The notes: generated by a model not told the origin, from the sequence alone. A stretch of DNA of 64,000 bases from an uncultured Flaviramulus sp. (GCA_947501105.1 CANMUP010000007.1:15003-79002), one strand, 5' to 3'. Counted from the first letter of the stretch, positions 48,508-58,373 are shown. Program-made: numbers and translations.

Positions 48508-50930
48508 CTTAATTCTGCTCCTAGCTGTTTTTCAAAATTAGCCTGTAGTTTATTCATTATTTTATCAATCTGCTTATCGGTAAGTGTTTTGTTTTCATCT
48601 TGAATGGTAAAACTAACAGCATAACTCTTTTTGCCTTTTGGTAAATTTTTGCCTTGGTACACATCAAATAGACTTACATTTTTGAGCAATTGCTTTTCAC
48701 TTTGCTTAGCTATTTTATGAATTGATTCAAAAGTAACAGAATCATCTAGTAATAACGCGAAATCACGCTTTACTTCTGGGTATTTTGGAATCGCTTTAAA
48801 ATTAATTTTATTTCTTTTTACAATATCTAAAATCGCATCCCAATTAAAATCTGCAAATAGTACTTCTTGAGAAATATCAAAATGCTTTAGGATAGATTTC
48901 TTTAACAAACCAAAATCTGCCAATTTAGTTTTGCCTAAGCTTAAAGTTAAGCCTTCACTAAATAAATCACTTTTTACTGGTGTCTCATTAAATCTAGAAA
49001 TGCCTAAGCGGTTTAATAACGAAATAATACTTCCTTTTAAGAAAAAGAAGTCACTCTTTTTAGCTGATGTATGCCAGCTTTCTTTATTTTGATTACCAGT
49101 AGCAAAAAGTGTTAAATGCTTAACCTCTTCTCTAGCATCATTATAGTTATGATATGTTTTACCAAACTCAAAGAATTTTAAATCTTGTCGTTTTCTATTA
49201 ATGTTATGCGAAATAGCTTCTAAACCTGAAAATAATAAAGACTGGCGCATAACCGATAAATCATTACTTAAAGGGTTAAGCATGGTAATGTTATGTTCTT
49301 CTTTTAGTTGCTCGCTTAAAGCAATATAATTTGGGTTTGTTAACGAATTAGCAAGAATTTCGTAAAATCCTTGAGCAGCTAATTGATTGCCAACAATATT
49401 CTGAATTTTGTGATCTTCAAAACGTGAGGTACTAGAAATTGAAGCATTTAATTTTTCAGTTGTTTTTATGTTGTTATACCCGTAAACACGCAAAATTTCT
49501 TCAATAATATCAGCTTCACGTTGTACATCATTTCTATAAGCAGGAACAGTTAGTCCTAAACCAGTTTCGGTAACATTGTTTACTTTAATATCTAACGAAG
49601 TTAAGATGCTTTTAATAATTTCACGAGGAATTTCTTCACCAATCAATTTTTTCGCATTATCAAAACTTAAACGTACCTGGAAGTCTTCAATTTTGTTAGG
49701 ATATACATCAATTAAATCGCTAGTAATTTCGCCTCCAGCCAATTCTTGAATCAACAAAGCAGCACGTTTTAGGGCATATTCAGTAATGTTTGGATCAATA
49801 CCGCGCTCAAATCTAAACGAAGCATCAGTATTTAAACCATGGCGTTTTGCCGATTTACGAATACTAATAGGGTTAAAATATGCGCTTTCTAAAAATATAC
49901 TTGTTGTACTATCAGTAACACCAGAATCAATACCACCAAAAACACCAGCAATACACAAAGGTTTTTCTGCATCACAAATCATTAAATCATCTTGGTGTAA
50001 CTCACGTTCTATACCATCTAAAGTTGTGAATTTAGTACCAGATTTTAGTGTTTTAACCTCAATTTTATTACCAGATACTTTTACTGCATCAAAGGCATGG
50101 AGTGGTTGTCCTAACTCATGCAGTACATAATTAGTAGCATCAACAATATTATTAATAGGGCTTAAACCAATAGCTTTTAAACGATGCTGTAACCATGCTG
50201 GGGATTCTGCAACCTTTAGCCCAGAAATTGTTACTCCACAGTAACGCGGTGCTAAATCTTTATTTAATACATCAATATCGATTTTTAGCATACGGTTATC
50301 AATATGAAACGCACTTACAGACGGTGTTATCAGTTCTAAATTAATATCTTTTTGAACTAACCCAGCTTTTAAGTCGCGTGCCGTACCAAGGTGACTCATG
50401 GCATCAGCTCTGTTTGGCGTCAAACCAATTTCAAAAACATAATCGTTTTCAATATCAAAAATATCGGCTGCATGAGTTCCAACTTTAACGGTATCGTCTA
50501 AAACCATAATGCCATCATGAGATTTCCCTAAGCCCAATTCATCTTCAGCGCAGATCATTCCATAACTTTCTTCGCCTCGAATCTTTCCTTTTTTTATAGT
50601 CCAAGCTTCACCTTCTTCAGTATATAAAGTCGTTCCAATTGTAGCAACTGGCACTTTTTGTCCAGCAGCGACATTTGGTGCGCCACAAACTATTTGTAAA
50701 GGTGCATCTCCACCTATATCAACCGTAGTAATTTTAAGTTTATCTGCATTTGGGTGTTTATCACAAGTTAAAACCTTACCAACTATAACACCTTCTAGAC
50801 CGCCTTTTACCGATTGATAACGCTCAACACCTTCAACTTCAAGTCCTAAATCGGTCAGTAGTTCGCTAGTTTGTTCTGGTGCCCAATCTGTCTTTATAAA
50901 TTGTTTTAACCAGTTATATGAAATCTTCAT
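48504..50930 (-). CDS. pheT: Phenylalanyl-tRNA synthetase beta subunit
   Basis: HPNADKL, IVCGAPNV, TPNRAD, RFERG, RDFAL, FDVY.G…KKSYA; CAAAGATA promoter at 50954. Confidence 0.97.
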   Translation of the reverse strand: MKISYNWLKQFIKTDWAPEQTSELLTDLGLEVEGVERYQSVKGGLEGVIVGKVLTCDKHPNADKLKITTVDIGGDAPLQIVCGAPNVAAGQKVPVATIGTTLYTEEGEAWTIKKGKIRGEESYGMICAEDELGLGKSHDGIMVLDDTVKVGTHAADIFDIENDYVFEIGLTPNRADAMSHLGTARDLKAGLVQKDINLELITPSVSAFHIDNRMLKIDIDVLNKDLAPRYCGVTISGLKVAESPAWLQHRLKAIGLSPINNIVDATNYVLHELGQPLHAFDAVKVSGNKIEVKTLKSGTKFTTLDGIERELHQDDLMICDAEKPLCIAGVFGGIDSGVTDSTTSIFLESAYFNPISIRKSAKRHGLNTDASFRFERGIDPNITEYALKRAALLIQELAGGEITSDLIDVYPNKIEDFQVRLSFDNAKKLIGEEIPREIIKSILTSLDIKVNNVTETGLGLTVPAYRNDVQREADIIEEILRVYGYNNIKTTEKLNASISSTSRFEDHKIQNIVGNQLAAQGFYEILANSLTNPNYIALSEQLKEEHNITMLNPLSNDLSVMRQSLLFSGLEAISHNINRKRQDLKFFEFGKTYHNYNDAREEVKHLTLFATGNQNKESWHTSAKKSDFFFLKGSIISLLNRLGISRFNETPVKSDLFSEGLTLSLGKTKLADFGLLKKSILKHFDISQEVLFADFNWDAILDIVKRNKINFKAIPKYPEVKRDFALLLDDSVTFESIHKIAKQSEKQLLKNVSLFDVYQGKNLPKGKKSYAVSFTIQDENKTLTDKQIDKIMNKLQANFEKQLGAELR

Positions 50931-51082
50931 AAATCATTTGCTATTTAAGCGAACAAAGATAAAATAATGGAACTAGTATTCAAACATGCACTATCATTTA
51001 TAAAGGCTAAAAGCGTAAAAATTGGCTTTTTTATGTTAGTATATTGTTGTTATTTCGAATAATCTAATTTAATTCCCTATTT

Positions 51083-52294
51083 ATGAAGCATTTTATAACA
51101 GCTATTGTAATTCTTTTGATGTTTTCTTGTAAGCAAGAAAAAGCAAATAATAAACTAGAATTAGGAACATATCGAGCTGTTTTACAGGTAAGTGAATCTG
51201 AAACATTGCCTTTTAACTTTGAAGTTGTTTCAGAAACAAGTTTAAAAATTTTTAATGCTGAAGAAGTTATAAATGTTGATGATATTGAATATAAAAACGA
51301 TTCGGTTTATATTAAAATGTCAGTTTTTGAAGGCTATATAGCGGCAAAAATTGAAGATTCTAAATTAACAGGAGATTTTATTAAAACGAGTCTTAACAGA
51401 ATTGTACCGTTTGCTGCAGAAAAAAACGAAACTAGATTTGATGTTTCAACTAATCCGAAACACGATGTTTCTGGAAACTGGGAAACTGTTTTTAGTCGAG
51501 ATTCTGAGGATAACAGATATATCGCTAAAGGTATTTTTAAGCAAAATGGAAGCAAAGTTACAGGAACGTTTAGAACCACTACAGGCGATTATCGTTATTT
51601 AGAAGGCGTAGTTGATGGTAATCAATTAAAGCTTTCAACCTTTGATGGTGCTCACGCGTTTTTATTCACTGCAACAGTAACAGATAGTACTTTAAATGGT
51701 AAGTTTTACTCAGGAAACCATTGGGAAGAACCTTTTGTAGCTAAGCGAAATGAAAATTATGAGTTGCCAGATGCTAACGCTCTTACGTTTTTAAAAGAAG
51801 GTTATGATAAGGTTGCGTTTGCATTCCCTAGTGCTAATGGCAATATGATATCTTTGGAAGATGAACGCTTTAAAAACAAAGTGGTTTTGATACAAATTAT
51901 GGGAACTTGGTGTCCAAATTGTTTAGACGAGAGTAAATACTATGCCGATTTTTATAAAAACAATAAAACCAAAGATATTGAAATTGTTGCTTTAGCTTTC
52001 GAGTATGCTAAAACTGAAGCAGGAGCTTTTAACAGTATTAAAAGATTAAAAGAAAGAGTTGGAATTGAATACCCCATTTTATTAGCACAGTATGGTTCTT
52101 CTAGTAAAGTAAAAGCTCAAGAAAAACTACCTATGCTTAACCATGTTTTAAGTTATCCTACTACTATTTTTATTGATAAAAAAGGTGTGGTTAGAAAAAT
52201 ACACACAGGTTTTAATGGACCTGCAACTGGAGAAAAATATATGGAATTTAAAACTGAGTTTGAAGCTTTTGTGGGTGAGTTACTTAATGAGTAA
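51083..52294 (+). CDS. TlpA-family thiol-disulfide oxidoreductase lipoprotein
   Basis: Lipobox MFSC; QIMGTWCPNC; YPTTIFIDKKG.VR.IHTGF. Confidence 0.88.
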   Translation: MKHFITAIVILLMFSCKQEKANNKLELGTYRAVLQVSESETLPFNFEVVSETSLKIFNAEEVINVDDIEYKNDSVYIKMSVFEGYIAAKIEDSKLTGDFIKTSLNRIVPFAAEKNETRFDVSTNPKHDVSGNWETVFSRDSEDNRYIAKGIFKQNGSKVTGTFRTTTGDYRYLEGVVDGNQLKLSTFDGAHAFLFTATVTDSTLNGKFYSGNHWEEPFVAKRNENYELPDANALTFLKEGYDKVAFAFPSANGNMISLEDERFKNKVVLIQIMGTWCPNCLDESKYYADFYKNNKTKDIEIVALAFEYAKTEAGAFNSIKRLKERVGIEYPILLAQYGSSSKVKAQEKLPMLNHVLSYPTTIFIDKKGVVRKIHTGFNGPATGEKYMEFKTEFEAFVGELLNE

Positions 52295-52304
52295 ATTTTT
52301 GAGG

Positions 52305-52402
52305 TTCGTTTAACGTTTTTGTGTATGATTTCGTTCGTGTTTGAGTGCGAGGGTTTTCCGTGTATACAGAAGGAGTAATTAATTATCCCCGTTGTTAGGC
52401 AT
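52305..52402 (-). repeat. attC-like site downstream of the cassette gene
   Basis: Coding strand: GCCTAAC (RYYYAAC) - AACGG - GGATAATT … AATCATAC - ACAAAAAC - GTTAAAC (GTTRRRY) GAA. Confidence 0.65.
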
Positions 52403-53474
52403 TGCTTTTCTTGCTAATTTAATTCCTTCTAGTGTTTCTTCAGCTATCTCTTCATCCCAACCTAATTCTTTCAGGTCATCTATTAAAATGTTTTCAGCTA
52501 AATAAACAACAAGCAGTAGGGCTAAAAATCTTGAATTAGCTACCCATTCTTTATCTTCTGTGTCTCTTAATATTTTGTCATAGATAATGGATGAATGGAT
52601 TATTATTTTTTCTAATAATAGATTTAATTCTTCAATAGAATCAATATTTAAAAAGTACTTTGATATACTTAGTATGTTCGAAGAATCTTTATCATAATCC
52701 TCTTCATCTTCTAAGATTTCAAATCCACTTTTTTCACCAACATTGATTAATTTTTTTGTTAAATCAATATTTTCATTGAAATATTTCTCTATCGTTATTA
52801 AGTTTAGCTCATTGCTGACATTAATTTCATTTATTGGGCTATTAGAGTTGATCGCATCTTCTAGATTTTTGTAATCAACTTTTAGTTCAGAAAACTCTTC
52901 GTCTGCTAATTCAAATAATCCAGCTAACCGAAATAACTTTCTTCTTAATAATTTTGGAACTTCATATGATCTTTTATAATCTAAAGTATGTGAAATTGAA
53001 GCCCATGCGTGTTGTAGAACTGTTCTTACTTGTACTTCAAATTTATAATCTTTGTAGGGTTTCCATTCTGGTAGTTTATTTCTTGATTTATTCAAAGACA
53101 TAACAAGATGGACTGATTGATATCCAAATTCATTTGAATTTAAAGTTTGATTCTTGTCAATAGAATTTTTAGTATCTAATTCAAAATTTTCTTTTAAGAT
53201 ACTTGAGATTATTTCAATGTCTTCTTGGTAATATGTTACTATTCTGATACCTGTTAAGTCAGTAATATTTGTTAACGGATTGGAGTATTTGTTCTTTTTT
53301 GTTTTTGATTTAAAACTATCAAGTGATTTTGTTCTTGATTCTGTGAAATGATATTTAATATTTGAATCTGACAGAAGTTTTTTTATTAAATCTTCAATTC
53401 TGCCTGTGAAAGATTCAATCTGTGGTAATTTTATATTGTATTCTTCGATATGGTTCATAATATTTGTGCCAAAT
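52315..53474 (-). mobile_element. Integron-like single-gene cassette (no integrase in window)
   Basis: Flanked by two related hairpin sites with swapped termini. Removing it restores a site with a perfect 14-bp terminal inverted repeat. Confidence 0.6.
52379..53458 (-). CDS. RelA/SpoT-domain small alarmone synthetase homolog with C-terminal extension
   Basis: SRTKS..S, ITDLTGIRIV, GYQSVH, FEVQVRTVLQHAW..ISH. ATG 53458 preferred because the upstream in-frame ATG lies inside the recombination site. Confidence 0.85.
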   Translation of the reverse strand: MNHIEEYNIKLPQIESFTGRIEDLIKKLLSDSNIKYHFTESRTKSLDSFKSKTKKNKYSNPLTNITDLTGIRIVTYYQEDIEIISSILKENFELDTKNSIDKNQTLNSNEFGYQSVHLVMSLNKSRNKLPEWKPYKDYKFEVQVRTVLQHAWASISHTLDYKRSYEVPKLLRRKLFRLAGLFELADEEFSELKVDYKNLEDAINSNSPINEINVSNELNLITIEKYFNENIDLTKKLINVGEKSGFEILEDEEDYDKDSSNILSISKYFLNIDSIEELNLLLEKIIIHSSIIYDKILRDTEDKEWVANSRFLALLLVVYLAENILIDDLKELGWDEEIAEETLEGIKLARKAMPNNGDN

Positions 53475-53549
53475 GTTTTCAAGTATATGAATCCGTTTTA
53501 ATACTGAAACGAGTTCTGCACAGGTAATTTATATTAAACGTTAAACGAA
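53466..53549 (-). repeat. attC-like site upstream of the cassette gene
   Basis: Coding strand: TTC-GTTTAAC … ATTCATATAC-TTGAAAAC-ATTTGGCAC. Confidence 0.55.
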
Positions 53550-53614
53550 TTTAGTTGAATTTTTTTACAAAATCAACTAAGAATATACCAGTGAGAAACA
53601 AAGTTTTTAACAAT

Positions 53615-54085
53615 CTATAAATCGTCTAACATCAAATTATAATCGTATTGCAAGTCTTCGTGTAATGTTGCAATTATCTTTTTAGCTAAAAGGATTTGTC
53701 GGTTATAGGTGTTTTGCAATTGCGTGCTATATTTTATACTAGGTGAGAAGTCTTTCAGTTTCTGGCAAAAGTAGAGTAGGAGCTCTACTTCAGTTTCCTT
53801 TTTTTGAGAATACCGGACATACTTTTTTATGTTTTTTAAAATTTTGCGTACACTCTTTCTGATGTAAAAATAGCTTTTGATGTTTATGACTTCAAATTCA
53901 TCATCTACATAACCTTTAACAGATTCGATATAACCACTTTCGTTATGAGATTCAAACAATAAATAGGTGAGTAATTCTTTGTTTTCTTTTTTAAACCGCG
54001 ATAAGCGCAAGCAAAGCTCTTGAATTTCGGCAGTTGATAGTGTATTTAGCTCTTGTTTTATTTCTTTAAGCGATACGGCTTTCAT
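53615..54085 (-). CDS. Conserved hypothetical helical protein
   Basis: LCLRL.RFKKENKELLTYLLFE; YFYIRKS.RKIL; ETEVELL.YFC; EDLQYDY. Confidence 0.75.
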   Translation of the reverse strand: MKAVSLKEIKQELNTLSTAEIQELCLRLSRFKKENKELLTYLLFESHNESGYIESVKGYVDDEFEVINIKSYFYIRKSVRKILKNIKKYVRYSQKKETEVELLLYFCQKLKDFSPSIKYSTQLQNTYNRQILLAKKIIATLHEDLQYDYNLMLDDL

Positions 54086-54103
54086 ATAGTTTTCAAATGG
54101 AAA

Positions 54104-55708
54104 TTAGTTTCCTTTTAATAAATTAACACTTACAGTTGCTAACTCGCTATTTGGAAATGTTGTAAAATAATTTGGGTCTGGATGCAAACCAGCTTCAGAG
54201 GCAACTCTATTAAAAACATCTACTTCTAAAATATATTGGTCACTATATCCGTGGGTAGCATCATATGCTGTTGCTGCTGTTTTGCCTAAATTTGATGCAG
54301 TTAGCTTTGGGTTTATAGTATGCAATTCTATAATTAATAAGCCAAACCTTTCTACATAAGGTTTCCATTTTTGTAAGTGCTCAAAAAGAGAATCTTCAAC
54401 TAAATTATTGCTAATATGGCTGCCTTGATATGTGTATGCCCCAGTAGAATTGCTAATTCTATTTGTTTCTGTTTTTGGTTCTTCCCAAATACGATTATGA
54501 TCTAAAAACGTACGGACGTTCAACAAATCTTTTAAATCAATATTGTAATCTGCTTTTAAGTCTTTTGCTAATAAATCAGGCCTGCCAATATCTCCCCAAA
54601 TCACTTTTGCCCAAATATCAGCTTTAATCAAGTTTGCTCGAGTTACTTTTAAAGCGGCTTGATTAAAATCGGCTCCAACTAATAATAATGGATGCTCATC
54701 AAGCATTTTACCGCGCAAGGTTTTATATTCAATAACATCAAAAATATGTTGTATAAAGGCACCATTGCCACAGCCCATATCTAAAATTCCTTTTGGCTGT
54801 TCGTCAATAGGTTTGTTGAATAGTTTAATGATTATTTCGTCTATAATTTTAAAATACGTAGAGTGAGCGCCTCCACTTCCCCAAACATTCATTTCTCTGT
54901 CTACATGCTTTTCGGTGTCGTTTGGTTCTTTAGTTTTTAAAGCTAGTGGGTTTCCAAAAATAAGATCGTCCAACTTAACAAAGGTTGGCAAATATGAGAC
55001 AGTTACACCATATGCGCTTGCACGTTTCGCAAAAAACAATCCTTCGTCTGTAAATTGATAAGTGTCATTCTTTTTTGTAAACCACCCTAAATGAGACAGG
55101 AAATCTAGTATTTTTTTAAAACTTTCTGGATTGCTATGGTACTCCTGAGCTCTAAATGATGCTTCCATAAAATATTTATGGAATAAGCCATTAACACCTA
55201 ATAAAACAATAATAGGAGCCGCAATAACACCTTCTATATGTTTTAGTATTTGATGCTCAATTGAATTGTCGTCGAAGTTTGTAAGCCCAAAATTGTTTTC
55301 AAACTTATTAAATATTTTTTCTAATGCATTAAAAGCATCTGGTCCGATACGTTCAGCTGGAAACTTAACCGAATAATTTAATAGGTTTATAGCATCTTTA
55401 TATAATGGAACAAGTTTAAAAGCCTTTTCACTTTGTGAATTTATTTCAAAACTTATAGTGTTATTTGTGTTGTTAATATGTTGAGTTAACCATCCTTGAG
55501 CACACAAAATGCGCAAGCTAACATTTAGATAGCCTTCGTTAGCATTGAATTGCTTAGCAATAGTTTTAAGAGTCGTTTTTTTATTATCTATCAAATATTG
55601 TAATGTACCTTTTTTATAAAGCGAATAGGCAGTAGGAGCTGTTGCTATACCATCGAGATGTCTAAAAATTGTACTTCGTAATTGTTCTTTATCTTGTTTG
55701 GTAAGCAT
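54104..55708 (-). CDS. Class I SAM-dependent methyltransferase, AprA-MT1-related, with N-terminal winged-helix-like region
   Basis: FRHLDG, NEGYLNV.LR.L..QGW, AYGVTVSYLP.F, HVDR.MNVWGSG, LDMGCGNG, RTFLDH, IELH. Confidence 0.75.
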   Translation of the reverse strand: MLTKQDKEQLRSTIFRHLDGIATAPTAYSLYKKGTLQYLIDNKKTTLKTIAKQFNANEGYLNVSLRILCAQGWLTQHINNTNNTISFEINSQSEKAFKLVPLYKDAINLLNYSVKFPAERIGPDAFNALEKIFNKFENNFGLTNFDDNSIEHQILKHIEGVIAAPIIVLLGVNGLFHKYFMEASFRAQEYHSNPESFKKILDFLSHLGWFTKKNDTYQFTDEGLFFAKRASAYGVTVSYLPTFVKLDDLIFGNPLALKTKEPNDTEKHVDREMNVWGSGGAHSTYFKIIDEIIIKLFNKPIDEQPKGILDMGCGNGAFIQHIFDVIEYKTLRGKMLDEHPLLLVGADFNQAALKVTRANLIKADIWAKVIWGDIGRPDLLAKDLKADYNIDLKDLLNVRTFLDHNRIWEEPKTETNRISNSTGAYTYQGSHISNNLVEDSLFEHLQKWKPYVERFGLLIIELHTINPKLTASNLGKTAATAYDATHGYSDQYILEVDVFNRVASEAGLHPDPNYFTTFPNSELATVSVNLLKGN

Positions 55709-55738
55709 ATTTACAGTTTAGTATAAATATATAAATAA

Positions 55739-55770
55739 AAAACCTTTCGACTGAGATGAAGAAAGGTTTT
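55739..55770 (-). terminator. Terminator-like hairpin after E1 gene
   Basis: AAAACCTTTC-12 nt-GAAAGGTTTT. Confidence 0.65.
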
Positions 55771-55791
55771 GTATAAGTATATATCGTTTAA

Positions 55792-58203
55792 TTATCTCAA
55801 TTTAGGGTAATCTTCAGGGTTTGCTTCATGCATAACATCGTAAACAGCTTCAAAAATATCTTCGGCTGATGGTTTAGAGAAATAATCACCATCGTTACCA
55901 TAAGCTGGCCTGTGTGCCTTTGCAGTTAATGTTTTAGGTTCGCTATCTAAATATTGAAATGCTTTTTGGTTATTTAATATTTCATTTAAAATATAAGCAG
56001 AAGCACCTCCAGGAACATCCTCATCAATAACCATTACACGATTAGTCTTTGCTATACTTTTAACGATATCGTGATTTATATCGAAAGGTAATAGAGATTG
56101 TACATCAATTACTTCAGCATCAATACCAACCGATAAAAGTTCTTTAGCAGTTTGTTCTACAATTCTAAGCGTAGAGCCATAAGACACTAGAGTAATATCC
56201 GAGCCAGTTTTTAAGGTTTCAACAACACCAACTGGTGTTTTTACATCACTTAAATTATTCGGCATTCTTTCTTTTAATCTATATCCGTTAAGGCATTCTA
56301 CGACTAAAGCAGGATTATCACCTTGTAGAAGTGTGTTATAAAAACCGGCAGCTTTGGTCATATTTCTTGGAACCAAAACTTGAACGCCTCGAATTAAGTT
56401 TAAAATACCACCCATTTGCGAACCTGAATGCCAAATCCCTTCTAGTCTATGGCCACGAGTTCGAATAATTAATGGTGCTTTTTGCTTTCCTTTGGTTCTA
56501 TATTGAAGGGTAGCTAAATCGTCACTAATTACCTGTAAAGCATATAAAATATAATCTAAGTATTGTATTTCGGCTATGGGCCTTAAACCACGTAGTGCCA
56601 TACCAATACCTTGTCCAATAATGGTAGCTTCTCTAATACCAGCATCTGCAACACGAAGCTCGCCATACTTTTCTTGTAAGCCTTCTAAACCTTGGTTTAC
56701 ATCACCTATATTACCAGAGTCTTCCCCAAAAACCAAAGCTTCAGGATAGTTTTTAAATATTGCATCAAAGTTATCACGAATTATAATACGACCATCTACT
56801 TGAATGGCATCATTATCATAACTAGGTTTAACTTCATCTACAAGAACAGAAGATTTTTCAGTCTCAGAATATAAATGCGAACTAAATTTTGGCTGTACTT
56901 TATCAAAAAGGTTATTAATCCAATTTGCTAGTTCTTGTTTAGCGTCATTAGTATCTCCTAAAGTATACCTTAGTGCTTTTCTTGCATACGATAGTATGTC
57001 TCTTCTTGTAGGCTCATCTATTGCTGATAATTTTTCCTGAATAGGTTTAATAAAAACACCGTTAGTGCTAGATGCTATTAAGCTATTTAAAATGGAGATT
57101 AATTCTTGTTGTTCGTTTTGTATAGGTTTCAAAAATGTTGTCCATGCATTCTTTTTAGCTTCTCTAACCTCTTTTTTTAAATTGCGTTCTATTTCAGTAA
57201 GCGTTTCATTGGTCGCTATACCGCTTTCAATAATCCATTCACGCATTTTTAAATTACAATCATGCTTATTTTCCCATTCTAAACGCTCTGGACTTTTATA
57301 ACGTTCATGCGATCCAGAAGTTGAATGACCTTGTGGCTGTGTTAACTCATTAACATGAATTAATACCGGCACATGTTCTTCTCTGGCAATAGCAGAAGCT
57401 TCTTGATATGTTTCAATTAAGTTTGCGTAATCCCAGCCTTTTACTCGCAATATTTCGTAACCATTTTGCTCATTATCGCGTTGGAATCCTTTTAATATTT
57501 CTGAAATATTTTCTTTAGTAGTTTGATGCTTAGCATGCACAGAGATACCATAATCATCATCCCATATACTAATAACCATAGGGACTTGTAAAACACCAGC
57601 GGCATTAATGGTTTCAAAAAATAAACCTTCACTTGTACTGGCATTACCAATTGTTCCCCATGCCACTTCGCTTCCATTATTAGAAAAATTGGTGGTATTA
57701 ATGCCTTCTACTTGTTTAAATATTTTTGAAGCTTGAGCTAAGCCCAATAGGCGAGGCATCTGACCAGCAGTAGGAGAGATGTCTGCACTCGAGTTGTATT
57801 GTTTAGTTAAATCTTTCCAATTTCCACTATCATCTAAGCTATGTGTTGTAAAATGACCTCCCATTTGGCGGCCAGCAGACATAGGTTCTAATTCTAAATT
57901 TGTGTTTGCATAAAGGCCTGCAAAAAATTGCTCGATGGTTAGCGCTCCAATTGCCATCATAAACGTTTGATCTCGATAATACCCAGATCTCCAATCGCCT
58001 TTTAAAAATGCTTTTGCAAGAGCCAATTGTGGCACCTCTTTGCCATCGCCAAAAATTCCAAATTTTGCTTTTCCTGTTAAAACTTCACGTCTACCAAGTA
58101 AACTACATTCTCTACTTTTTACAGCTAGGCTATAATCATTTAAAACTTCTGCTTTAAAATCTTCGAAAGATATGTTGTTTTTCAAATCAGGAATTGTTTG
58201 CAT
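55792..58203 (-). CDS. Fused alpha/beta E1 2-oxoacid dehydrogenase (probable branched-chain 2-oxoisovalerate dehydrogenase)
   Basis: GYYRD, GRQMGGHF, HSTSG, FGED.G..G, GIREATI.G, AEIQ..DY, GIWHS, DAEVID; CAAAAGTA promoter at 58225. Confidence 0.85.
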   Translation of the reverse strand: MQTIPDLKNNISFEDFKAEVLNDYSLAVKSRECSLLGRREVLTGKAKFGIFGDGKEVPQLALAKAFLKGDWRSGYYRDQTFMMAIGALTIEQFFAGLYANTNLELEPMSAGRQMGGHFTTHSLDDSGNWKDLTKQYNSSADISPTAGQMPRLLGLAQASKIFKQVEGINTTNFSNNGSEVAWGTIGNASTSEGLFFETINAAGVLQVPMVISIWDDDYGISVHAKHQTTKENISEILKGFQRDNEQNGYEILRVKGWDYANLIETYQEASAIAREEHVPVLIHVNELTQPQGHSTSGSHERYKSPERLEWENKHDCNLKMREWIIESGIATNETLTEIERNLKKEVREAKKNAWTTFLKPIQNEQQELISILNSLIASSTNGVFIKPIQEKLSAIDEPTRRDILSYARKALRYTLGDTNDAKQELANWINNLFDKVQPKFSSHLYSETEKSSVLVDEVKPSYDNDAIQVDGRIIIRDNFDAIFKNYPEALVFGEDSGNIGDVNQGLEGLQEKYGELRVADAGIREATIIGQGIGMALRGLRPIAEIQYLDYILYALQVISDDLATLQYRTKGKQKAPLIIRTRGHRLEGIWHSGSQMGGILNLIRGVQVLVPRNMTKAAGFYNTLLQGDNPALVVECLNGYRLKERMPNNLSDVKTPVGVVETLKTGSDITLVSYGSTLRIVEQTAKELLSVGIDAEVIDVQSLLPFDINHDIVKSIAKTNRVMVIDEDVPGGASAYILNEILNNQKAFQYLDSEPKTLTAKAHRPAYGNDGDYFSKPSAEDIFEAVYDVMHEANPEDYPKLR

Positions 58204-58373
58204 ATGTTAAGAGCTTTACTTTTGCAAAAGTACTTAAAGTTTATTGGTTTTGCAATTATTGCTGGAGCAAAGATTTTGAATTATTCTTAAAAATTTGCTA
58301 AAAAAAACTATTGAATTACGAATAATTAATCAAAAAGGTATAATATTAGATAATTATATAAAAAATTAACACA

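Noticed and set aside
48504-50930. pheT not adjacent to pheS
   Set aside because: Common arrangement in Bacteroidota.
53459-53482. ORF-track start (ATG 53482) for the SAS gene
   Set aside because: Lies within recombination site A; ATG 53458 fits cassette architecture better.
52305-53549. Interpretation as IS/MITE with 14-bp terminal inverted repeats
   Set aside because: No transposase and no target-site duplication (flanks TTGAGG vs TTTAGT); the end-swap model explains both outer and inner ends.
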